From: Sphyrna mokarran
Taxonomy: Eukaryota
Assembly (NCBI GenBank): GCA_024679065.1
Contig: JAGIQG010000009.1
Coordinates: forward strand, 91,388,001-91,452,000
Direction of reading: 5' to 3'
DNA length: 64,000 nucleotides
Both the position numbers and the translations under genes were made by a program. The notes under the pieces are model-generated. The model was not told the origin of the DNA, did not search any database, and saw nothing but the letters and a program-made list of their open reading frames with translations. This document shows positions 35,581 to 48,147 of the stretch, in pieces (the stretch's first letter is position 1; each line of letters opens with the position of its first letter).

Positions 35581-38231
35581 TAGTGTCACCAGATATCAGA
35601 GCAGCTTTCTTGAAGGTCAACCCACAGAAAGCAAGTGGCCCAGATAGGGTACCTGGATGTGCACTCAGATCCTGTGCGGATCAGCTGACAGGTATTCACA
35701 GACATCTTCAACCTTTCTTTACAACAATTTGAGGTCCCTATCTGCTTCAAGAAGAAGATCATCATTCCAGTACCTAAGAAAAACCAAGCAGTGTGCTTTA
35801 ATGACTGTCAGCTGGTACCTCTGACATCCATCATTATGAAGTGCTTCCGAAAGGTTAGTCATGGCACAAAACAATTCCAGCTTCCCGGACTACCTGGATC
35901 CATTACAGTTTGTCTACTGCTGCAACAGGTCCACAGCAGACGCAATTCTCCTGACCCTGCACTCAATCCTGTAATACTCAGATAACATGAACTCCTATTT
36001 ATTGACTGCAGCTCACCCTTCAACATTATTATTCCCATGAAACTCATCTCCAAACTCCACGGCCTGGGCCTCGGCACCTCCATGTGACTGGATCCTGAAA
36101 TTCCTAACTCACAGACACAATCATTAAGAATAGGCAACAACACTTCACCCACGATTATCCTCAATACCAGTGCCCCACAGTCTGTGTTCTTAGCTCTCTA
36201 CTACATTCCTTATGCATCTGTGAGGCCAAATTCCCCTCCAATTTGATTTTCAAGTTTGGGGACAACACCATCGTAGTGGGTTGGATCTCAAACACTGATG
36301 AGACAGAGTACATGAATAAGATAGAGAATCTGGTGAACTGGTGCAGCAACAATAATCTCTCTCTCAATGCCAACAAAACGAAGGAGATTATCATTGACCT
36401 CAGGAAGAGTAAAGGAGAATATCCCTGTCTACATCAATGGGGATGAAGTAGAAATGGTCAAAAGTTTCATATTTTTAGGTGTCCAAATCACCAAAAACCT
36501 GTCCTGGTCCCCCCATGCAGACACTATGGGCCCATATTTACCATCAATTTGCACCCGTTTTCGGGCATGAAAACATGTTAAGTCAGGTGAGAGACCATGA
36601 ACGTGGTCCGTACCTGCGCCTGCCCAGATTGTCACTTTACCTAGACCCGGGAACCACCATGATCCGCGTCGCACCCAAAATGGGCACAACAGCAATTTAA
36701 ATTCATTTGCATGCATTTCAATTGAATTAATGAACCGCCTGCCCAACTTTATCAATGTTTCCATCTTTATGGCCGTGTTTGCCGATTCAGAACCGCTCCG
36801 AAATTAACCTGCTAAACAAAAGTCAGAATTGGTCGATCCAGCTGCTGAAGAGTGAGTTCAGAGTTGCCAATGGCCTTCTGACCCAGATCAATGATGCGGG
36901 GAGAGAGGGGGGCAGGTCAGATCATTTTCTGGGTGAGGGGGAGGTGAGGAGGGCTGATCATTGGCTTCTGGGGAGGAAGGAAGAAGCAGTTCAGATGTTC
37001 CTTCGGGGATGGAGGGTGGGGGGAGTGAGGCCAGGCCATTCTCTGGGGAGGAGGGCAGAGCAGACGGGAGGGGGAGTAAGGACAGATTGTCCTTTAGGGA
37101 TAGAGGGGTGGTAGGGAGTTAGGCCAGGCCATTCTTGGGGGGGGGAGGGCATAGGTAGGAGGGGGAGTGAGGCCAGGCCATTCTCTGGGTGGGGGGAGGT
37201 GGGAGGCAAGTAAGATGTATTTCTAGTGGTTGGGGGTGGAGTGGAGAGGCCTGATTGCTCAATGATGGGGGGGTGGGGGGAACAGATGTATTTCTGCTGG
37301 GGCGGAACGAAGCAGGGAGTTGTGATCGGTCTGGGTAGCAGGGTGGTGGGTGGATAAGGAGGAAGTGATGTCTCTGGGGGCCATCGTTTCTGCTTTTCGC
37401 TCCCGGCCTCTTTCTCCACTTTCTGCGGCTCGGGAATAATCTGACAAGGGTAAGTTTTTTCAAATTTTTTTCTAACTGTGCATGCGTAGTTCAGAGCTCC
37501 GATCGTTTCGAGCACACTAATTCCCGCCCACAGCGCAATTTAGATCTGCGATTTTTTTTTAGGCTGAGTGCGTATGGGGGCACATGGAAGCAGATTTCTG
37601 AGTTGGATCTGAATTGCACCCAGAGTCAGCACTTAGAATGAAAATGGTAAAACTGAGCCCTATAATTAAGAAAGCTCACTGCGCCTCTACATTCTCAAAA
37701 GACCAAGGAAATTTGGCATGTCAGCTATGGCTCTCACCAACTTTTACAGATGCATCATAGAAAGCATTCTTTCTGGTTGTATCACAGCTTGGTATGGCTC
37801 CTGCTCTGCCCAAGACCGCAAGGAACTACAAACAGTCGTGAATGTAACCCAATCCATTACACAAACCAGCCTCCCATCTCTTGAGTCTATCTACACTTAC
37901 CGTTGCTTTGGCAAAGCAGCCAGCATAATTAAGGACCTCACGCACCCCAGACATTCTCTCTTCCAACTTCTTCCTTTGGAAAAATACACAAAAGTCTGAG
38001 TTCACGTATCAACCAACTGAAGAACAGCTTCTTCCTTTCAATTATCAGACTTTGGATTGGACTTACCTCACATTAGGTTGCTCTTTCAGTACACCCTAGT
38101 TATGACTGTAACACTACATTCTGTACTCTGTCGTTTCCTTCTCTATGAATGGTATGTTTTTGTCTGTATAGTGTGCAAGAAATCATATTTTTCACTGTAT
38201 GTTAATACATGTGACAATAATAAATCAAATC
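35581..38231 (+). mobile_element. Rex1/Babar-type LINE (decayed RT) interrupted by a MITE
   Basis: [50 protein letters not shown]; absent at the paralogous site 62408. Confidence 0.85.
36528..37660. mobile_element. Non-autonomous PIF/Harbinger-type DNA element
   Basis: Ends gggcccatatttaccat / atggtaaaactgagccc are imperfect TIRs with a 3-bp TSD TAT. Removal restores the host frame ADTIIKK. Confidence 0.8.
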
Positions 38232-38450
38232 TGTATGTGTGTATGAGCATGTGCATGCATGTGCTTATTTGCGCACCAGTGTGTCTGTATGTGTATGTAT
38301 GTATGTATGTGTTTGTCCCTGTGTGTGTGTGTGTGTGTGTGCCTTTGTGTTTGTGTTTGTATGTGTCTCTCTATGCATGTGTTGTTATGTGTGTCTATAT
38401 GTGAGTCTGTTTGTATACGCGTGCTTTTATATGCGTGCATGATTGCATGA
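38232..38450 (+). repeat. Degenerate (TG)n microsatellite, paralogous to 62410-62690
   Basis: TG-rich tract with matching flanks. Confidence 0.85.
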
Positions 38451-38579
38451 GGGTGTACTTGCATCCTCACTCTATCACCCATTCAATTACCAATTAAAAT
38501 CTGAATGAAAAACTTACAAACCCTGTAACACTGCGTTAAATTGTTTGACCTCTTTCCATGTTGCTTTTTTTTAAGTCAT

Positions 38580-40300
38580 CAACAGGATGTGAAAATTACT
38601 GACTGGGCTAACATTTATTCACAGCGCTATTAAGGTGGGAGTTTCAAGGTTTTGACCCAGCAACAATAAAGGAACAGCTGTTATATTTCCAAGAATGATG
38701 TGTGTTCCAAAGTATCTGCTGCCCTTGTCCTTCAAGGTGCTAGTGGGTTTAAAAGGTGCTGCCTAAGGTGAGTTCCTGCAGTGAATCTTGTAGATGGTTT
38801 TCACATGGTTGCTACTGTGCATCAGTAGTGAAGATTGAATATTTGTGGAAGAGATCACGCAGGCTGCTTTATCCTGAATAGGATCTGTTGAGTTTCTTGA
38901 CAGTTTTTAGAGCTGCACTCATCTAGGCAAGTGGAGAATATTCCATCATATAGAAACACAAAAAGTAGAAGCAGGAGTAGGCCATTCAGCTCTTTGAAGC
39001 TGTTCTGCCTTTCTTTATAATCATGGCTGATCATCAAATTCAAAATCCTGATTCCCCCTCTTCCCATCATATACCTTGATCCCTTTAGCCCCAAAAGCTC
39101 CATCGAATTTATTCTTGAAGTCAGACAACATTTTGGTCTCACCTCATTCCTGTGGTAGTGAATTCCACACATTCACCACTCTCTGGGTGAAGAAATTTCT
39201 CCTCACCTCAGCTGTTATCCTCAAACAATGACTCCCACTTCTAGACTCTTCCACCATTGGAACATTGTTTCTGAATCTAATCCTGTTGGATTTTATAAGT
39301 TTCAATGAGATCCCCTCTCTCTCTTCTAAACTCCTAATGAATAAAGTCCTCACACTCCTGATTTGTGCCAGGCAGATGGTGGATAGGTTTTGGGCAGTCA
39401 GGAGGTGAGTTATTCACTGCAGAATTCCTAATCTCTGACCTGTCCTTGGAACCACAGTATTTATATGGCTAGTCCAGTTCAGTTTCTGGTCAATGGTAGC
39501 CCCAAGATGTTGCTAAGGAGGATTCAGTCTCTTGTTGGAGATGGTTGTTACCTGGCATTTGTGTGGCCCAAATATTATTGCCAATTGGTGGTGCAAGCCT
39601 GGATGTATCTAGATCTGGCTGCATTTGGACACAGATTGCTTCAATATCTGAGGAGATATAATGTAGCTGAACATTGTGCAATCATCAGTGAACACCCCCA
39701 CTTCTGACATTTATCATAGAAGGCAGGTCATTGATGAAGCAGCTGAAGATGGTTAGGATTGCTACACTACCCTGAGGAATTCCTGCAGTGATGCCCAGAG
39801 ACTGAGATGATTGGCCTCCAACAACACACACATCATTTTTTGTGCTAGTTATGATTCCTACCAGTGGAAATTTTCCCCCTAATACCCATTGATTCCAGTT
39901 TTATGAGGGCTCCTTGATGCCACACTCGGTAGAATTCCACTTTGATGTCAAGAGCTATCACTCGCATCTCACCTCTGGAACTCAGCTCTTTTTCTCCATA
40001 TTTGAACCAAAGCTGTAATGAGGGCAGGAGCTGAGTGACCCCGGAGGATCCCAAACTGGAAGTCACTGAGCAGGTTATTCCCACTTGATGGCACTGTTGA
40101 TGACACCTTCATCACTTTACTGATGATTAATTGTAAACTGATGGGGCTGTAATTGGCTGGGTTAAATTTTCCTATTTCTAGCATGCAGCACATACCTGGG
40201 CAATTTTATACATTGCCATTATTCTAGCTGTACTGGAACAGCTTGGCTAGGGGAGCAGCAAGTTCTGGAACACAAGTCTTCAACATTTTTGCCGGATATT
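38580..40300 (-). mobile_element. Old LINE RT remnant (CR1/L2 group) with nested CR1 3' fragment (about 38945-39345)
   Basis: NPANYSPISL, RVIALDIKVEFYRVWHQG; nested RNFFTQRVVNVWNSLP. Confidence 0.7.
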
Positions 40301-41554
40301 GTCCTTCCACACCAACACACTCACTTTGAGGTTCCCTACACTTCTCGTTACTGAGAAGCTGGTGAGCTTCACCTCCAGCTCACTGGGAAATGTGCTGAAG
40401 TTTGATTCTCTAAAGTTAGGACATGGCTTCCTCTCCTCTGTCTCTCACACTGACATCTTCAGTTAACAAGTCAATCAATGCTGATGGAAAACAGTGAATG
40501 ATGTTGACATTTAGTCTGAACTCAGTCAGTTCACTCAACAACTTGAGTGAATGAATTAAACCTTTCCTGTGAAGTCAGTGGAGAAGAATTCAGACAAGGC
40601 AAACACCGACAAATTATTTATTGATTACAATCCACAGTTATCAGGGTCACAGTGAAACATTAGTAAATGACTTTTCTCCATCAATATATTATAACTTAAA
40701 GTTTATTTATTAAGGTCACAAGTAGGCTTACATTAACACTACAATGAAGTTACTGTGAAAATCCCTTAGTTGCCACACTGCAGTGCCTGCTCCTTTATAC
40801 AGAGGAGACTTTAGCATGGCCAATGCACCTAACCAGCATGTCTTTTAGACTGCAAGAGGAAACTGGAGCACCCTGAATCATAGAGGTTTATAGTGTGGAA
40901 ACAGGTCCTTCAGCCTAGCCTATCCATACTGCCCAGTTTTTACCATTAAGCTAGTCCCAATTTGCCCACATTTAGCTCATAGCTCTTTGAACTAATCTTA
41001 CCCATGTAACTGTCTAAATGCTTTTTAGACACATTGTACCTGCTTCTACTATTACCTCTGGCAGCTGGTACCTGCTTCTACTATTACCTCTGGCAGTTGG
41101 TTCCATCCATTCACCACCCTCTGCAGAAAAAAAATGCCTCTTTGTATCTCCCCCTTTTTACCTTAAAACTATACCCTCCAATTTTAGACTCTCTTACTTT
41201 TGGGGTCCCTGACTCTCTGCCTGATTTGTGCCCGTCATTATTTTATAGACTTCTACAAGATCACCCCTAAGGCTTCTACATTCCAGGGAAAAAGTCCCAG
41301 TCTCTCCAGCCTTTCCTTATAACTCAAACCATCAAGTCCCGGTAGTATCCTAGTAAGTCGCTATTGTGGCATAGTAGTTAGCACTGCTGCCTCACAGTGC
41401 CAGGGAAAAGTGCCTTTTTGAACACATCAAATATGTGTAAAACAACAAAATGGACTGGTGTCTATCAAAATAAAATTTGACATTCTGCAGAATCTCATTG
41501 ACTCTCAGAGTTGTAATTTAGATTGGCAACATTAATATCTCAGCAATATTCAAA

Positions 41555-44500
41555 GAGAACAAAGAAAACAAAGAAAATTACAGCACAGGAACAGGCCCTT
41601 CGGCCCTTCAAGCCTGCACCAATCATGCTGCCCGACTTAACTAAAACACCCTACCTTTCCAGGGACTGTATCCCTCTATTGCCATCCTATTCACGTACTT
41701 GTCAAAACGTCCCTTAAAAGTCACTACCGTATCTGCTTCCACTACCTCCCCTGGCAATGAGTTCCAGGCATTCACCACCTTCTGTAAAAAGTCTGCCTCC
41801 TACATCTCCTTTAAACCTTCCCTGTTGCACCTTAAACCTATGTCCCTGGTGATTGACTCTTCCACCCTGGGAAAAAATTTCTGACTATCCACTCTGTCCA
41901 TGCCTCTCATAGTCTTGTAGACTTCTATCAGGTGTTCTATCAGGCTTCTATCAAAGATGTGCGGGTTAGGTGGATTGGCCATGCTAAATTGCCCCTTAGT
42001 ATCCCGGGGTGTGTAGGTTAGAGGAATTAGCAGGTAAATAAGGGGATAAAGCCTGGGTGGGATTGTTGGTCATGCAGACTCGCTGGGCCAAATGGCCTCT
42101 TTCTGCACTGTACGGCTTCTATGGTTTCTATGGTCTCCCCTCAATCTCCATCGCTCCAGTGAGAACAAACCAAATTTCTCCAAACTCTTCTCATAGCTGA
42201 TGCCCTCCATACCAGGCAACATTCTGGTAAATCTTTTCTGTACCTTCTCCAAAGCTTCCACATCCTTCTGGTAGTGTGGCGACCAGAATTGAACACTATA
42301 TTCCAAGTGCAGCCTAACTAAGGTTCTATAAAGCTGCAATATGATTTGTCAATTTTTAAACTTAATACCCCGGTCGATGAAGGCAAGCATGTCATATGCC
42401 TTCTTGACTACATTCTCTACCCAGATTTCTTTGCTTGTCAATAGTCTTAAGGGTTCTGCCATTTACTGTATATTAACTAACTGTATTAGGCCTTCAAAAT
42501 GCATTACCTGATATTTGTCCAGATTAAACTCCATCTGCCATTTGTCCACCCAATCTCCAACCAATCTATATCCTGCTCTATCCTCTCATGGTCCTCAGCA
42601 TTATCCGCAAATTCACCAACCATTGTGTCATCCACAAACTTACTACTCAATCCAGTTCCATTTTCCTCCAAATCATTTATATATATATTACAAATAGCAA
42701 AGGCCTCAGCACTGATCCCTGAGGGATGCAACTTGTCACAGCTCTCCATGCAGAAATGTACCCTTTCACTACTACTGTCTGTCTTCTTTGACCAAGCCAG
42801 TTTTGTATCATTCACCTTACCAGCTCATCTCTGATCCCATGTGACTTCACTTCGCTTCTGCACCATCGCAAGTCTGCCAGGAGGGACTTTGTCAAAGGCC
42901 TTACTGAAGTCCACATAGGCAACATCCACTGCCCTACCCTCATCAATCATCTTCAACACTTCCTCGAAAACTCGATCAAGTTCGTGAGACACAACCTCCC
43001 CTTCACAAAACAATGTTGCCTCTCAATAATATGCCTACCTATTTTCAACTGGGAATAAATCCTGTCTTGAAAAATGCCAGACTCTTCATCCATCAAGTCC
43101 TTTACTTTGGTGAATACTGATGCAAAGTATTCATTTAATATTTGCCCATCTCCTCTGGTTCCACAAATAGATGCTCTCCTTGTCTTTGAGTGGGCCAACC
43201 CTCTTGCTCTTTACATATGTATAAAAAGCCTTGGGATTTTCCTTAATCCTGCTGGCAATGCTTTTTCATGACTCTTTTTAGCCCTTCTTACTCCTAACTT
43301 AAGTTTCTTTCTACTTTCCTTGTATTCCACACTTGCTTCATGTATTCCCAGGCTCCTAGTTTTGACAAATGCTTCTTTTATCCCAAACATCTGCCCCCAA
43401 TCTACATTCTTCAGTTCCTGTCTAATTTTGTTGTAATTAGCCTTTTGCCAATTTAGCATCTTAACTGGAAGACTACACTTATTTTTATCCAACAGTATCT
43501 TAAAGCTTACTGAATTGTGGTCGCTGGTCCTGAACTGCTCCCATACTGAAACATTGACCACCTAGTTGGGCTCATTTCCCAATACCAGGTCCAGTAATGG
43601 CTCCTTCTCTAGTTGGATTACCTTCATACTGTTTCAGGAAATCCTCCTGGATGCTTCTTACAAACTCTGCCTCATTCACGTCCCTAGCACCAAGACAATC
43701 AATATAGGGGAAATTAACAACAGCCCTGTTACTTTTGCACCTTGCCAAAATCTGCCTACATATCTGTTCCTCAATCTCCTGCTGGCAGTTGGGTGACCGA
43801 CAGTAAACCCCCAACATAGTAACTATTCCTCTCCTATTCCTGAGCTCTACGCATATTGCCTCGCTTTGTAAGCCCTCCAATGTGTCCTCCCAGAATACAG
43901 CTGTGATATTCTTCTTAACCAGTGGTGCAATTCCCCCATCCCTTTTACAACCCCCTCTATCCTACCTGAAACATCTGTATCCTGAGACATTAAGCTGCCA
44001 ATCCTGTCTTTCTCTTGACCAAGTTTCTGTAATAGCAACAACATCATAATTCCTAGTACTAACCCAAGCTCTAAATTCATCTGCCTTACGTGTTACACTT
44101 CTCGCATTGAAACAAATGCACTTCAGTCACCAGACCCTCTTTGATTAACAACCCACTCCCTGCCTGCTGTTTCTCTGAGTCCTACTGGTCCTACCCTCTG
44201 GTTCCCCTTCAGCTAATTTACATTTGCTTCAGTTCCCATCCCCATGCCAAACTAATTCAAATCCTCCGTGTGACACTAGCAAATCTCTTGGCCAGAATAT
44301 TTGTACTCTTCCAGTTTAGATGCAACCCATTTTTCTTGTACAGGTCCCATCTGCCATGGAAGAGACTCCAATGGTCCAGATATCTGAAACCCTCCCTAAT
44401 ATACCAGTTGTTTAGCTACGTGTTGAGTTGCATTATCTTAGCCTCACTGTTCCTAGCCTCACTAGCACATGGTACATGGAGTAATCCTGAGATTACAAGC

Positions 44501-45300
44501 CTATAGGTCCTGCTTTTTAACTTTCTACTTAACTCCTTAAATTGCTGCTGCAGGGCTTCGTCACTCCTCCTCCCTCTATCATTAGTACTAATATGTACCA
44601 CAACCTCTGGCTGTTCACTTTCTCCCTTCAGAATACCAGGGAGGTAACATGCTATCCTAGAATTCCTTTCACATCTACAGAAACGCCTGTCTGCATGCCT
44701 AACTATATAGTCCCCTATAACTATTGCTCTAGTTCTCGTTGTCCCTCCCTGCTTAACGACAGAGCCAGCCATGGTGCCACTGCTTTGGTTGCTGCTGCTG
44801 TTATCCCGATAAGCCATCTCCCCCAACAGTATCCAAAACGGTATATGTGTTAGAGAGGGGGATGACCACAGGGGGTTCCTGCACTGACTAACTGCTCCTT
44901 TTGACAGCCATCCATCTATCTGCTTGCACCTTGGGTGTGACCACGTCTCTAAAGCTCCTACCTATGACACTTCCTGCCTCCTTCATGCTCCTAAGTGCAT
45001 CCAACTGCTGCTCCAACCTATCCATGCGTTCTGTAAGAAGCTGCAATTGCGTGCACTTCCTGCAGACATAGATGTCTGAGACTTTAAGTGTCATGGATCT
45101 CCCACACCTCACAAGTGCAACTCTTAACCCCACTGACTGACATTTCGAGCACAAATTAAATTATTTGAAAAAAATTAATAAAATTCTCCCTTCACTTTTA
45201 CCTTCTCACAGCGGCTTTTTTTTTGGTTAGAGAAGAAGAGAGGGAGAGAAATGCTAATGTAGTGTTTCGGGCTTATCACTCCTTGACACCACATTTCCTT
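41555..45300 (-). mobile_element. Near full-length decayed CR1 LINE (ORF1 zinc-finger/esterase, endonuclease, RT) with nested SINE at about 41950-42130
   Basis: ORF1 pieces 44888-45154 (YVCRKC..LTERMDRLEQQL) and 44416-44826 (AIVIGD, SGNH esterase-like); ORF2 pieces 43572-43880, 42825-43013 and 42070-42339. Confidence 0.9.
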
Positions 45301-46034
45301 CCCACTTCTTGGTAGATGTTGCTGGTCTGACTTCTCCCAGAATGCACCAGTGAAGTCCCTCAGCTGCCTCTACTGGATGCTCTAACTCCAGTTTATCACC
45401 TGAGGTGATCTTCTCCTTCCCACTTCACATTGAGACATTTGACAGGTTTTTTTTAGCCATTCCCTGTAGCTATGATAGGAGGGCCTTAGACTTTCCCCAT
45501 TATGAGTCTCCAGTAGCTGCCCCAAGCTGTGTTCTGTCCCTCACCAGTATTCCTGAATCTTGCAATGTACCAGTCTGAAACCTTCATTCATGGAGACCCC
45601 TTTGCTCTGGAACAGCTGTAAGATTCAGGTTGATTTTGACTAAGTTCATTAATGGTCCTCCAGGAGACAGTATTTATCTCAGTGTGTGTTCCCGGGAACA
45701 GTCTGAACAGCGCACAGTCCTGTATAAAGGATCTGTCAGGTGAACACTTTGTGATTGTGTAGGAATTCATCAGATCAATTTTTGCTTTCCTTCATTTCAC
45801 ACAACTTACAGAGTGAAGTGGAAAACTGCTCAGCACCAGAAAGATGTTTCCAAAATCCTGATTGTCTTCTCCATTACCAGACTTGTCATAGAGTGTTTTA
45901 TACTGAGTCTAAAAGGTCTTGATCAAAATCCACAAACATTATAAGATATTTAAAATTCTGAGCAATCAGAAAGTGAGAAAAGTGCACAAAATGGGAGTAA
46001 TTCATTCCCAACAATCTGTCCCTCAGTCACTCAC

Positions 46035-46066
46035 TGGAGCTGTTGTGTACGTCCCACTTGGTGAAT
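46035..46066 (-). CDS. Gene C exon 6, cytoplasmic (DSPSGTYTTAP)
   Basis: Identical to 10336-10367 including splice sites. Confidence 0.8.
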
Positions 46067-46472
46067 CTGCAGAAGTGAAATAAATGTCAGTTAGAATGGG
46101 GAATAATCCATTCTCAGAGAGTGAGAACACAACAAGTGTGAGGGAATGGAGATTGTGTGAGAAATACTCATTCTCACACTCCCCTCCATCCTTACACTTT
46201 ATGGAGATCCTGTAGATCTCTTCCATTCCATCCATATTCAGTAGGTGAGGATGTGAGTGTGTGCGGTGGCTTTAATGATCAATATTATACCTGGTCTGGG
46301 CTGATCACACAAAGGAAGATCAGGCAGGGAACAAGAGGTGTTTATACGTGTGTACCTGTGGATGGGAATTAAATCAGTTCATTCAACACAGTGTCCTGTA
46401 TTCCCAGTACTGGAGATTCCCCACATTCACTCTGTCCCCTCAGTTCTACATTCCCCTCTCTCTGATTCTTAC

Positions 46473-46574
46473 CTCTCCGCTGTCTTTTCCAAATGATTAT
46501 TCCAAATATAACAGCCAGTGCTGCGATCATTATAATTCCAAGATGGAAACGCCCTTCACTGTTTCCCGGGATTT
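46473..46574 (-). CDS. Gene C exon 5, transmembrane segment
   Basis: EIPGNSEGRFHLGIIMIAALAVIFGIIIWKRQRR; 102 nt, AG/GT, in frame. Confidence 0.9.
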
Positions 46575-46935
46575 CTGAAACACATTTGAATAATATGAGG
46601 ATTGTCTCTGTTCCCGGATCCATTCCCAGTTCTGTGTTCATTGGGGACAATTTGAACTGAAACCACCCCAGTCCAAATGGGATTGGTTGAAGCTTTGCTT
46701 TTACACTGGCCCCGTGGTGGATAAGGGAGTGTCTACGGATCTGCTCTGGATGGACTTCCAGAAGGTCATTGATAAAGTTCCACACAAGAGATTCTTGACA
46801 ATAATAAGAGTGTTTGGAATTGAAGGGAATCTTTGTCAGGGGTGAAAATTGGTTGGCAGGAGAAAGACAGGGAATGGAGAGAATGGGAATGTGCTCCCAT
46901 ACAAACACATGCACATATCCAGTACAGTTCCTTAC

Positions 46936-47214
46936 CCCACTGATGGAGCTTGGGCTCTGCCAGGCTGCTGTGTTCAATTTGACAGGAGTATTGATCCTCA
47001 TCCCCAGCATTTATTTCAATCTCTTTCTGGATCTGATGGCTCCCATCGTGGTTCGGTCGAATCCCCGAGGATAGTGTCTCAGACATTACCTCTCCGTTCC
47101 TTAACCAGTTCACCTCGATGTCTACAGGATAAAAGCCAGTAACCAGGCAGGAGAGAGTGAGGGGCTTGTACTGACTATTGGGCTCACTTCTGGAGATGAA
47201 GACTTCAGGCTGAA
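46936..47214 (-). CDS. Gene C exon 4, alpha3
   Basis: C1-set Ig motifs; 87/93 aa identical to gene B. Confidence 0.96.
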
Positions 47215-47331
47215 CTGTAATGGGAAAGGGTGAAAACACAAACAATAAACCCACACTGAATGCAATGGGGGAACGGTTTGATAAATCAGTGAAGTTAGAG
47301 CAGAACATGGACTTAAAACTGAAATCAATAC

Positions 47332-47607
47332 CTTTCCGTCCCAAATATTCCTTTCCAGCTTCCAAATATTTGTGTAAATGTTGAACAAATTGTCCCAGAA
47401 GATATTTTTCCCAGTAATTATTCCAGGATTGATCAGAATCCCATTTCTCTTTAGTCTTTACTGCGAAGTGATTGGATGCAACCCATCTCATTCTGTCTGG
47501 CTCTAAACTAATATAGTCCTTTCCATCAAATCCAAACTGCATCGATCTCGTAATGGAGCCGTCTTCAGTGACCTCGACAGACCGAGTCCATTGAAGAACG
47601 TGAATTC
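47332..47607 (-). CDS. Gene C exon 3, alpha2 (no cysteines)
   Basis: GIHVLQWTRSVEV...FGFDGKDYI...TKEKWDSDQSWNNYWEKYLLGQFVQHLHKYLEAGKEYLGRK; 276 nt. Confidence 0.95.
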
Positions 47608-47754
47608 CTGTCAAAAACCAAACTGGGATCAATAATCAATAGACAATCTTTTCAGTGGTGAAAGGGGATTTAGTCTGAGATAGAAATGGATGGAATCTTC
47701 CTGTGCCATCAGTAGCAGGAAGCTGAGTGGTGAGGTTATTAAATTAGATGGAGT

Positions 47755-47845
47755 CAGTGCTGGGAGATGGACAGAGCTCAGTGTCCCAGGGGTCAGTGCT
47801 GGGGGACTGAGCTCAGTGTCCCAGGGGTCAGTGAGCTCAGTGTAA
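47755..47845 (+). repeat. Short tandem repeat in intron 2 of gene C
   Basis: About 3 copies of gagctcagtgtcccaggggtcagtg. Confidence 0.8.
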
Positions 47846-47886
47846 GGTTATACATCAATACGCTGATTCTCTCTGCCTGTTCTTAC

Positions 47887-48147
47887 CGGATGTCTGGTTT
47901 GTGATCTTCTGCACTGTATTCAGATTCTCCTTTGCCATGTTGAAGTGTTTTTTTGCCTCGCCTGTGATATAATCCCAGAATTCAGAATTGAAATTTTCAG
48001 CCATGAACCTCTGCCGGGGAATGCAGCGATGGGTATTACTGTTACAATATCCTACTTGGACACCATTAACCATTGCAGTGTTTATCAACTCAGGAAAATC
48101 TTCTACTCCAGAGACAGCAGTGTATATCACTGTGTATGTGTTAGTGT
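47887..48147 (-). CDS. Gene C exon 2, alpha1
   Basis: DTNTYTVIYTAVSGVEDFPELINTAMVNGVQVGYCNSNTHRCIPRQRF...EFWDY...TNQTS(G); 261 nt, AG/GT. Confidence 0.94.

Noticed and set aside
38057-38482. Cys/Val- or His/Thr-rich ORFs here and at 34762-35312 and 61892-62759
   Set aside because: They are translations of microsatellites and minisatellites.
40325-40412. Exon-like segment on the minus strand (AG...ESNFSTFPSELEVKLTSFSVTRSVGNLK...GTGAGT)
   Set aside because: No recognisable homology and no partner exons; it could be chance.
10336-48147. Calling the genes classical UAA, or CD1/MR1 orthologs
   Set aside because: Y7, Y59, R84 and the alpha2 disulfide are missing, so they are not classical. No orthology evidence is available without a phylogeny, so no gene symbol is given.
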